From Anthoceros angustus (taxonomy: Eukaryota > Plantae > Anthocerotophyta): 64,000 nt of DNA. Positions 38,416 to 53,037 of the stretch are shown here, one piece after another. The notes beneath the pieces are model-generated. The model had not been told where the DNA came from and did no database searches. It saw nothing but the letters and a program-made list of their open reading frames with translations. The stretch covers positions 2,046,001 through 2,110,000 of the forward strand of contig MU008163.1 of the NCBI GenBank assembly GCA_010909165.1, read 5' to 3'. A program made the position numbers and the translations under genes. Every line of letters begins with the position of its first letter. The stretch's first letter is position 1.

Positions 38416-39699
38416 TTGTGTGTTTGGTGGATTATGCATACAGGACTTTGTGGCTGATCGCCCTTGTGGCCTTAGCGCATACCTATATCCACAAATACAT
38501 GTTAACAATTCAGCGAAAGATATCATCATCGTCGCAACATCTTCAAAGGATGGCCCAATCTGAGGCAGACCGTAGCATGGCAATGCTCTACTCACCCTTC
38601 TTTGTTTCCAGATGCTAGTTGCACTGCTTCTGCCTTGGCTTCTTCACCTCAAGCGGTTCCTATACTCACTGTTCGTGCTTGAGAGGGGGAAGATGAATAA
38701 GCGATGATGAGGCATGCCAATGAACTTGTCATTGGGATCATAATGTTTTGGACGTTGGTGCAGTACTCGGCGTACCTAAAGTACCTTCTGGACAAAGTTC
38801 TGAACTTGGAGTTTAACGTACAAGTCGTCTTCACTACCTCTAACTCAATGCAGATTATCTCTTTCGCTCAAAGTATTGCTGCTGTAGAGGGAGTTGCGTG
38901 AATGCTACCTTTAAGAGGCAAGCTCTATGCCTGAAGCAGCTTAGTGCAGTTGTCAACAATTGATGAAGAATATGGTTACTTAGCCTTCACAAGGAAGTGA
39001 CCAGAGACTGTAGTAGCTATGTGGTGCTATGCAGCTTGCTCATTTGGTAGGACCTTCACGAAGTTTGTTCCATCACTCGAGATGCAAGACTGCTGCCGAA
39101 GGTTTGATTCTTTTCGAAGTCACAACCGGTGTACTTCTCCTTGAGTTCCTGTGTGGCATCACAGACTCAATGCGCAGAGTACGACTGGGAGCTGAGACGA
39201 CCGAATTGAATATGCCTAAAGCAAAGCCCCTTGTGATAGTGGTGATCTCTTTTTGTTATATGGAGCTTTCAAGACACAGCAATCCGCACGTGTCTGAGAG
39301 GGAGAGTTGGAAATAAGGCAGACCACGTGATTCTGTGTCACGTTGGTTAGTCTAACTAGACCTAGTTATAAATAGTAGTTAGTTAACTAAGAGGCTAGTT
39401 GAAAGGACACACCCCTTTGTAAAACCGCTATAAAAGGCCTACCTATGAACCCTTAAATATAACTCTTAATATAGTTGCTAGAAAGCATGTTCTAGGCAAT
39501 CGCTTCTGCATGGCATCTCTAACTAAGAACGTCGGAATAGGACATGTTAAGAGTTTGTTCGGACACAAAATCCATCTCAAGGCATGCGGCATGGAACTTA
39601 GCAGTGGAGGTGCAGACATTGAGGAGATTCAGGCACAAGCAAAGGCCGAAGCACAGGCGCAAGCAAGAGAGGAACTAGCAACTGCTTGGCAAGGGCTTG

Positions 39700-39806
39700 T
39701 TCATTATCGTTGAATGGCAACGGGCCTATTCATTATCGTTGGATGGCAACGGGCCTATTCATTATCGTTGGATGGCAACGGGTCTATTCATTATCGTTGG
39801 ATGGCA
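39700..39806 (+). repeat. 29-bp tandem repeat x~3.5
   Basis: TTCATTATCGTTGGATGGCAACGGGCCTA units. Confidence 0.9.
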
Positions 39807-42800
39807 ATATGCTCGTTTTCACTGGACAAGAGCGCATTTAAAAACGAAAATTTGAAAATTTGAGTTGATAAGAATAGCAAAGTAACAATATAGAAAAAAT
39901 TAAATATGCCATAATATCATCTCCTTTTCCACTTTAACAGCTAGTGAACACCTGATTCATCATGTAGCAGAATTCTTTTTTTGCTTGCATTAGCCTAAAA
40001 ATAGACGAAAGAGAGGCAATTTGCAGCTCATTCCATAAGTTATATGATGTTCAAGTGATGTAGTGTTCCAAAGAAACCTGGATTAAAAGGGATTTAGTTG
40101 ATTAAATATTAAAAAATAAAAAGATAAAAATTATGAGCCATCTCAAATACAATACTTACTTGCTCCAAGTAGCACAACCATGACAATGTAGATAGCTCTT
40201 TTGTGTTTGAGTTTCTCCCTCCAAGAAATCTTAGAATTCTTAATGCGTTCCTTAATGCGTTCCTTCGGAACACAGAATGCTTTCCTAAAAGGCTGCTTCC
40301 GTAATTTACCATCCGCTGCTTGCGTAAAACGCTTTGATGTCGTCTACAGTGAAATACCATAAAAAGTTTAGTGAATAAAATTATCAAGTGCATAGAAACT
40401 ATGTTCATGGTACATGATGCCCTTCATTCAAAAGCTATGACAAAACCACATGGAGTATGAGATAAGTACAAAAGCCAAGTGAGAACCAAGCATCAATACT
40501 CTAAATGAAACACTTAACCATTTTTTGAGCTCGGAAGATAGTATGCAGCACAATTGTCAAAAACTGACTTGAGTATTACATCTCCTTAGAGAAGTCCAGA
40601 ATAAGTGAATAAACAGTATCAGGTTCCCTTCATATATAGGCTGCTCATCTTAATCTTTCTCGCTCATTGTTTAATTTTTTACAAAATAAAATTATTATTA
40701 TTAATAATTTAAAATAACTTATAACAAAACGTCATAAGAACGGTAAGTTGCTTGAGGGTAGACAATGGAGGTCTAGTCCCGTTCGGCCTGGGCCCTCCAC
40801 AGAGGCTTGCTCCCTATTCACCCTGTGGAGATGGACTTCCCACCTCTTGAAAGAAGAAGAAGAATTTTATAAAGTCTCCACGTTCTCGCTTAACAAAAAA
40901 CAATATCTGTATGTAATAAATAAAGTGACATCTACGTACATATATGAAATGAAGACATGACATCCCGGCCGGCCGGCCGTCGTGGCCGGTGGAAAAAAGC
41001 TCCCGGATTGGAGCGGGCGCATCTTGCACGGTGCAGCGGGCGGGCGATTGTAACACACTGCCTACCCTGGAAAGGGATGCTGAAGGGGTAGCAGCCCTAG
41101 CCTTGAGGGGCTCAGAGCTAGACAGGGCAGCAGAGGCGAGCATGGCGCTGCCGGGTGATCTGGCCGGCACTGTGTCGATCTCGCTAACCTATCTGGGCGT
41201 CGCCATGTGCGGCAGCTGCTTCAGTATGCGAGAACGCGGTGGCGAGCATCAAGCTGATGGAATCATTCTGGATCAGCGTGGAAGGGGAGGAGCGCGTGTT
41301 GGTTCTGTTGCGGGGCCTGGCCTCGGGATCATCTCGCCTGCATGTGGACGCGTGTGAGGGGTTTTGAGACGCAGGGGCTTGATGTACTCTTTATCAGTCT
41401 CGGAATAGGGCACAGCATGGGAGCTGGAAGGCAGGGATGTGTTTCTTGAGAGAAGACGATAGGTTAAACGCTTCGCTTTGTGAGAGAGCGGGTAGTAGGC
41501 GGTGGCATCAATGAGAACTGTTTGTGTGAGAACTGAAGGTAGTGGAAGGGATCATCGGGACCGAGGACTGGAAAAGCTCCCCTTGTGTGGGGAGACACAT
41601 GCAGGTTTTCTCATCTGCAAAAAGGACACCTCATCAAGATTTGATGAGGTCTTCATGAGGCGTCTCTTTGCAAATGAGAAAAGCTAGACAGGCAGATTTG
41701 ATCTCTGACTACCAACTCGCTTTACGATGCTAGTGTCTGAATCCAATGGCCCTCGGCCTCCTCCTGGTGAAGTTTTAGATTTTTGTGGTAAGTTTTGGTT
41801 TTTCTGTAGAAGGGAGGGACAAGTTTGCCGGAGACCATGTGCAATGTAGATGCATCAAGACATCATGCATGTAATCAACCGCACAGGAAGATACCCTGAC
41901 CTGTCTGCGCTCTAACATGGATGCGATTATGGATCATTGCAGGGGTGGGAGAGCAAAGGAATGCGGCCCCTAGCCCTGTGAGAAGCTTGGATGGAGCGGT
42001 TCAGTTGGCTAGTAACCCGGCCCCGAAAGCGTGCAAATCTGGATTTCACAGGACCATCCGCGGATAGGAGCACCCCTGTTGCATGATTCATCCATGTGTT
42101 CCAAAATTTTGTTGCTGAAAGATCAAATGGACAAACGATTCAACTTTACAAGGTGCAATACCAAAGAGGATCTCAAGGAGGACGAGGAGCAGCGTGGGTT
42201 CGGCAAGAGTGCACCCAGGCTCAGTGGCCAGCTCCATATCCAGCTTGCAATGAGAAAGCAAAACCATCGTCGAAACCACTGGAGCCCGTGTCTGTCGTGA
42301 TTAGCCAGGCAGGCTTGAGGAACGTGAGCCGCATTCCAAGGTTAAGCCTTCTGGTGTTCTTTGCACAGCAGGTCGGGGCAGGGTTTCAGGAGTTCGATCT
42401 TGCGACGTCTGGTTCGTTGTGACCAAGCGGAAACAATTGATCAAATATCGAACCACCCGCAATGGCAGGCCAGGGTAGATCTTCATTGGCCTCTCGAGAA
42501 TGAGGTGTTGCAGGTTGCTTGCTTCAGGGAAGAGCCGTTTCACACGGTGACCTCTGCAGCCTCTCCAAGAGGCATAGCATGAAGCAGGTGGGTCGAAACA
42601 GAGAGGAGAGCAAGTTGCAGCTTACCGGCCCTAAGATCTGCCAGACAACCGCCGCCCAAAGGATTCATGGACGACCCAATGACGGAATTGACCTCCAGGC
42701 ATCTCCTCCAGTGAGATCTGCAGCAGCAGCCATGTTAGCAAGTTAGCCACAGGGCATGGTATCCCAAGCCCAAGGAGATGCTGGAGCTTCGACTTGCTCC

Positions 42801-43464
42801 TAAACATGGCACACTGTAATGTATCACTTCGTTTCAAAGCGGATATATTTAGCAATCGGCAAGGCTGCAGGTTTAGTCTACATGGATGGAAATCGGACAA
42901 TCCGCAAAGTGTTTGCGAAAAGTTTCCTGGGCGGCGAAACGCGTTTAGCCGGGGCGAAATGTACTCTCGTCTGTTCTTCTCGCGTTCTGCCACTCGCCGG
43001 GCTGTGCTCTGCTGTGCCGTGCTGTGGGCGCTGCTCTGCTGTGCTGCCTCTGTCTGCGTGCCGCGCCCGCGCATCTTTTGCCCTCAGCTGCCGCCGCAGC
43101 CTGGCAGCTCCCTCGACCTACCTCCCCGCCTGTTTCGTGACTGTACTGCTGCTGCATTTTTTTCCTGCCGGATTGGCCTATGCGCCTTCCTGAAACGGCA
43201 GGCAACGGGTCTTGTCAGATTTGGAGCACTTGAACCACGCCTCTGCAGTTGCATCTTGCATCTTGAGGTGAACAGTGCAGGCAGGGCTTGCGGGCCAATT
43301 GATCTGTTTGGGAACGCTCTGAGAGGCGCGGTTGATGGGAAGCTCGTCGGATTCAGATGAGGGAGCAGCAGATGATGGCCTGGGAGGTGAAGCTAGATAG
43401 TAATCAGTTGTGGACCGGACGTGGCAGGAAAGCCTGACCGGCTGGCTGGTGTCGGAGCCTCAAA

Positions 43465-46400
43465 ATGATTGAGCAGCTTGTGAACTTCGTAATTCGGCCT
43501 CCGAGGTTTGTTTCTGCTGCTCGAAGCTCTGGTTGTGCTTTATGGATGTGCAACGGCTTCTTCTCTTAGCCCCTTACCGGATTGCTCACAAGGCTGGGAC
43601 GCAGCGCTTTGAGCAGCCGTTGCTCCCTGCTGCCCGATTTCCGCTTAGGGTACTATTTACTGCCTATTGGACTGCTCGAGAGCAGTAGTGTTAAGTGAGC
43701 AATTTGCATCTACCACTAGATGGTACAGTAACATTTGTGGTCCCCAACGGGTTGTGAGGTGATGAATTCCTAGATCCTGTCTGTGCCTACTCTGTCCACT
43801 GACCTGGCCGTTGCAATTCTTGTGTTTTGTAACGTGCAGGGCTGACTACAGCGTTCATCGGGACCTTTTGGAGTCTGAGTTTGTGCTCAAGGGTCGAAGG
43901 TATCAGCGCAGAGATCTTGAGGCAAGTCTGTTACACGTCATGCTGTACTCCCTCCCCCCCTGTTTCTCTCCTGTTTCTTCTGCGAACTGTTCTCTTAGAT
44001 CGACTTCCTTGACTCTTGGATTCGTTCAGTTTTGACGTTTGCCCGTGTGCATGCAATGTCCGCCACCAGGTCACAAACAGCAGGGGACATGTCTTGCAAT
44101 GCAGCCACTATTTACCTCACCAGATGTTGGACGATGCGTCTCTTCCTTGTGTGATATACTGCCATGGGAACAGGTGATGAGGTGTGATTTTGTGTGGTCC
44201 CGGTGGTGGTAGTGAATATGTGGACTGATGTCAACACTACATGTTCTGTTTGTGCAGTGGCTGTCGTGCTGATGCAAATGAAGCAGCCATCATCCTTCTG
44301 CCTTCCAACATAACTGTGTTCACGCTGGATTTCTCAGGGTCTGGTCATTCAGATGGGGAATATGTCAGTCTGGGGTGCAATGAGGTATGACTTGCCGGCT
44401 GTGTTTGGTCTGGTAGCTCGCCTCAATTGTGTTGCATCCTGTATTATTGTGGGGTTTCAAAGTTCGTGGACCCTTGAGACTGTTGAACCGTGGTCTATGC
44501 CTCAGTGTTTCACTGACGATTCTTGGTGCATGTGCAGATGGACGATCTGAAAGCGGTTGTGGGGTATCTACGTGCTGATAGGCAAGTTTCTCGAATTGGC
44601 CTGTGGGGTCGGTCAATGGGCGCAGTTACCAGGTTTGTTGTGCACCTTATGGTTTCATTCGTTTTCTAGAGTTATGGGCATTGGTTTATTTTTGACGAGT
44701 GTTTCCATATTTGGTGCCAGTTGTTCGTTTTTGCTTCTGCATAGGGGTTCATTTGTTTCCTCTGGATGCAGTCTTATGTATGGAGCGCAGGATCCATCTA
44801 TTGCTGGCATGGTCTTGGACAGCCCTTTCTCAAACCTTCCAGATCTTATGTTGGAGCTTGTGGATGTTTACAAAATCCGTCTTCCGAAGTTCACGGTACA
44901 GTTTTGTCTTATTTGATCCTCCCAGTTGTAACTATTTCTGTTTTCTGGTGGACAAGTTTGTCATTGGGAGTCATCATATTGCAGGTTAAAATGGCTGTGC
45001 AATACATGCGCCGCGAGATTCGCAAGAAAGCACAGTTTGACATTATGGATCTAGACACTGTGAAGGTGCATAAGTTTTCAGCTCTGTGATGGGAACTCGG
45101 TACTTGTAAATATACAAGCCGATTTAAGCTGTCTTTCCGATGTTGTTTCTGCAGGTGGCTGCGAACTCCTTCATTCCAGCTCTGTTCGGTCATGCCACAG
45201 ATGATTTATTTATTCAGCCACATCACTCTGATGACATATTTAAGGCATATGCTGTAGGTCCCCATTTCAGTGAAAGGAAGTGACTTTGTGGTTTGTGGGA
45301 TTTCCCTTCCATGCCTAAACAGGTTGTGTTCTCTTTCACATGACAGGGTGACAAGAACATTATCAAGTTTGAAGGTGACCACAATTCCCCCAGGCCACCG
45401 TTTTATTACGACTCAATCACAATCTTCTTCTACAATGTTCTACTTCCTCCGGACAATCCTGTTGCTGAAAGTGCACATGATGATCTCTATTATGAAATGG
45501 AAAATCTGGACATCAATGGGGAGATTGACGCGGTTTAGTCTTGGCTCCTATCTGAATAATGTCTTGCCATTACGTTGTCTAAAGTGGCTGGGAGTATACC
45601 TGACATTGCCTATGTGCCCAAAATCAGGAAGTTCTCCTGGAGATCATGAATGCAGTGCGCCCAGGGTCTTCGCCACCAACCCCAGCAGTGCAAAACTCTC
45701 CAGGTATTATTTGAAGATGTCGTATGCTTTCTGGGGTTTTTGCCTGATGCATTGATCACCAGGATTAGGACTGCGCCCCACAATAATGTGGAGGGCATCT
45801 GTTCTGTTCTGTTAGGTACGGAGTCCACAGAAGAAGCTCTCTCTCAGACACGATCCAGGTGGCAAATGAGCAGGACTGAGGTAAATTGCTGCCCCACTTG
45901 AGTGATAGATATTTGACTGAACATAATGCATAGAGTATGTCTAGCGTTTACAAGGGCACTGCATAGGGGGCTTTTGGGTGTGAGGATCCTTTTTCAAATT
46001 GAGATATGGTCAGTTCCACTTTCCTATCCAGGTAAGGTCAAGCTGAATTTTTTCCACTGTCAAAGTGCAGGGGCTTGTCGCGGTAACCATCTGAGTACCT
46101 TATATGTGCCTCTGCAGGTGCCTGCCGACCTCTCCGACCAACCTGATGATCTGTCAGACCTCCTAAAGAAAGGAGGGTTCGAAAGGGAGACTTCCGAAGG
46201 CTCGTCATCTACTTCCTACCTTGATGTGAGCTACATTCCACCACATGGATTTCTAGTTTGGCTGATTGGTGTTGGTTGGTAACAAGAGTCCATGGTATTG
46301 TGGAACAGAATGGGGGGAACAGATATCAATCTCTGTCTCAGGAAGAAGACAACAAAGATCCTCAAGGACCATTGCTTGCAGAAAATGAAGCTCGGCAGCC

Positions 46401-46930
46401 ACAGGTTTATCGTTTATATCCACCAGTAAATGGGTTCCATGAGCCTTGGGCCCTGTACTCGAGTGGAACATCTGAGAGCCCCGAAGAAGAAGATCGATTT
46501 GCACATTTCCCCTCTAATGCAGATGATGAGGAAAGGGTATGTGGGTGTATGCCTGTGCCTGTCTGACGAGCTGAGGGTTTGCTCTTGCTTTTATTGCGAG
46601 GATTAACGGGCCTATTTGTGATGGATTGTGTAGATGATCATGGAAGCAATTGCAGCATCTCTTCATGAAGCTGAAACTCAGAATACGGGTAGTGATGGTG
46701 GTTCAGACTCTGCTTCTACAGCTGCCCAAATAGATGCTCAAGTGAACACAAGTTCACACCTTCCAATGATTTTTGCCGATGCAAAGGTCGATCAAGAAAA
46801 ACTGGTGGCTGAGCCTAGTGGGAGCTCCAGCGGGAGTACGCCAACCAACCAACCTGATTCAAATGTAAGTCAACGCTGGAGAAGCCTATTTGGGGCGTTA
46901 GGTAAAACCAGACGTAGTAACAGTAGATAA
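43465..46930 (+). CDS. Alpha/beta hydrolase (MIEQLVNFVIRPPR type), multi-exon
   Basis: MIEQLVNFVIRPPR / ADYSVHRDLLESEFVLKGRRYQRRDLE / FTLDFSGSG / nucleophile elbow GLWGRSMGAVT / DSPFSNL / FEGDHNSPRP. One apparent GC donor (GAG|GCAAGT at 43922). The 3' exon structure is approximate. Confidence 0.9.
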
Positions 46931-47519
46931 TACCTAAGCTGTTTGATTCTCTGAATTTCTAACTGGAGGATTCACACCCCTGTACAATGTGGTAGGGTAT
47001 TAGTTCAGCATACAGATGCGATATGTGATCTAGGGGAACATTCTTTGATTATTGTTACAGTACGATGTTCTTTGTTGCCTGCAGTGATTTCAAGACAAAG
47101 ACTCTGATATCACCAAGGCCTTGTAAACGAATATATGTATCATTATTTCACTCCTTTTAGACCAGTTTTAGACTTTAAAATGTTTGATGCCAGGGAATGG
47201 GATGCTGCAAGGCCTAGTCTTCAAAGGTTTACAAAATCAGTGTTGCCTGTGATGACAGCAAGTGGCTGGATTCTACAGTTGATGACATATCAAGATTTCC
47301 ATGGGAAACAAACAAGCCTTGACATGTAAGGATGCCGTGGGAAACATTTTAGCGAAACAAGCCTGGAATTAGTTGACTGGAAGGTTTGACCTGGAATTAG
47401 TTTACGGAAGGTTTGAGAGAAGAGTTGTGTATAGCGTGTATATTGGAACAACAAAGGAAAGAGGGTTGATATTGGAACAACAAAGGAAAGAGGGTTGTCT
47501 TGTGACCCTTATGTTTTCA

Positions 47520-47780
47520 ACCTTCGCCCATAATAAGGCGTGGGGTTCACAGCCCATAATAAGAAGTGGGGTAAGTGGGGTTGGCAGCCCAATAAGAAGT
47601 GGGGTGGGGTTCACTGCCCATAATAAGAAGTGGGGTAAGTGGGGTTGGCGGCCCAATAAGAAGTGGGGTGGGGTTCACAGCCCAATAAGAAGTGGGGTGG
47701 GGTTCACAGCCCAATAAGAAGTGGGGTTCACAGACCGTATTATGAGCTCACAGCCCTAATAAGAAGTGGGGTATGTGAAC
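47520..47780. repeat. ~30-bp minisatellite (CACAGCCCAATAAGAAGTGGGGTGGGGTT-like), ~7 variable units
   Basis: Directly visible. Confidence 0.9.
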
Positions 47781-48649
47781 CCCATAATCAACCCACTTTT
47801 GACCTATGTTCTTTTACATTGTGCACAATTTTGTATGACACTACTTCATGCTAAGTTGGCTTTATGTGGAGGATTATGCCTTTACATTGGAAAAATAATA
47901 ATTGGAAAAATAATAATTGGAAAAATAATAATTGCAAACTTTTGACCAATATATCTAGTGAAAACGTGAAAGAACATTTAAAAAACTCACAAACCTTGTA
48001 GAAGCCATTACCATCTCGGTACTCTAGGTTTTTAATATGTCGGAAAGGCCTTTCCTTGAACTATGTCAGAAAAAAAATATATTTTTTGAGGAAAAATATC
48101 CTCAAATATTTGATTTATTTCATAAGAAACATAGCACACATTAAAAACCCACACCATCCAACGAGTACCCAGATACTAATGGCTACCCTTTTCTGAAAGG
48201 GTTAAAAGATCCCTACTAATGGCTACCCTTTTCTGAAAGGGTTAAAAGATCCCTCGCGTTTGAACCTAATATATTGGTAAGAAGTTTTCAATTATTTTTT
48301 CCAGTGGCAGAATTCCCCACAAAAAACTAACTCAACGTGGACTAGTTTCATACAAAAATTGTGTACAATGTTAAAGAACTTGCTTCCAAAGACTCAATTT
48401 GAGTGGGTCAATCATTCTGGGAATACGTCTGCTTATGACTAATGGGTGATACACATACTCTCACACACTCATTCATACGAGGCCAGTATGCACATACAAG
48501 CTCATAAATATGCCAAACAAATATTTGTTTAGTTTAGGCGAAAGTGCTATGCCTATTATGGAACCATTTTCTGTTGAGGAATAGATGAACCACACACAAC
48601 GAAACTTGCATATGCTAACATGGACATGTGGTAGATGTACTTGATTAAT

Positions 48650-48900
48650 CTAGGCAAATGGACATGTGCATACAGTTGGGTTGGTATGCTTAAATGGAAA
48701 TGCAGCAGATGTACTTCATAGATCCAGGCTGATAGACATGTGCAAACAATCAGGCTGATATGCTAAGATGCACATGCAGCAGATGTACTTCAGAGATCCA
48801 GGCAGATAGACATGTGCATACAGCCAAGCTAGTATGCTAAGATGGACATGCAGCAAATGTTCTTCAGTGATCCAAGTAGATAGACATGTGCATACACATT
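48650..48900. repeat. Diverged ~70-bp tandem repeat
   Basis: Recurrent ATGCAGCAGATGTACTTCA.AGATCCAGGC.GATAGACATGTGCA. Confidence 0.7.
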
Positions 48901-49636
48901 CAAGGATCAGCTTATGGTCAGTACAACAAGCAAGGAGGACAATCGAAGCTTGTTGAACAAAGTTTGCCCGGTGAAAAGCAAAATGGATAGTTAGGTGTTC
49001 CTATGCTTGGGCCTTCTGCACATGAACACACATATGGACTGTTGGCTGCATTGCCAAGATAATAGCCTGACTGAAACAGTGGGCTAGGAAGGCAGGCTCT
49101 TGGCGTGCTCTGTAGAGATTGCTTCATAGTTCTGAGCTAGGAAGGCAGGCTCTTGGCGTGCTCTGTAGAGATTGCTTCATAGTTCTGATAAGAGATAGGA
49201 GAACGTGCTCTAGAGTTTTGATTATAATACTATTTTGTAGTATGCCCGAGCCATCTTCTCGAACACCTAAATCAAATTTCAATGCCTCACTATTGCTGAA
49301 AGCACACAACTCGCTACACACAGCCTTCACTACCTGGGTACCCAACTTTTGCTGAAAGCACACAAATCGCTTTACACAGCCTTCACTACCACGGTTCCAG
49401 CCCTATGTGAGAAACGCTGCAAGAAGCGTAAAGAATCCCTGACCTTGCAGGCCTAATTGTTAGATATTGTTGCACTTTCCGTTCTCGCTTTCCCAATCCG
49501 TGGCACAATCTATTTGATAGGCGTCATTCTCTCTCACCGTTGGAAAGCACGAGAGGGAAAAAGTGTCCAACACCACATAGAACCCGGGAAGCCGGCGGCT
49601 TGGCCACGAAATAATGTCATATATATATCGAAGTAA

Positions 49637-52812
<3,176 letters not shown>

Positions 52813-53037
52813 TTTCGGACCCAGAAGTTGGATTATGGTGAGAGCATATTGCAGGGAGGGCAGAAAATTTTGCCAGGTGTCCAGCGACCCAAAGATAAGA
52901 TGAGGGTGAGAGTGTATCTTAGGGAGAGGCAGAAAATTTGCCATGTCTCCAGTGAGTTAATTCCATATTGACGGGGGTTTACCTGGCATTTTTGGCCTAT
53001 TTTTGTTTTAATAATATTTGAATACGGGAAAATTGGA

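Larger units (their letters stand above)
35730..39524 (+). mobile_element. Non-autonomous copia-type LTR retrotransposon (gag only, TR-GAG-like) with AG...CT termini and 5-bp TSD AAGAA
   Basis: Two 220-bp LTRs (35730-35949, 39305-39524), 8 mismatches by my count; PBS TGGTATCAGAGC; PPT GAGAGGGAG; TSD AAGAA at 35725-35729 and 39525-39529; copia gag with zinc knuckle; no pol motifs seen. Confidence 0.95.

Noticed and set aside
40814-43360. Cluster of 100-190 aa ORFs on both strands upstream of the hydrolase
   Set aside because: No recognisable motifs or consistent exon chain; likely UTR, promoter or decayed sequence.
47520-47780. Short repeats that might be taken for a CRISPR array (also 9018-9215, 11496-11600, 39700-39806)
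   Set aside because: Units are head-to-tail with no unique spacers, there are no cas genes, and the context is eukaryotic.
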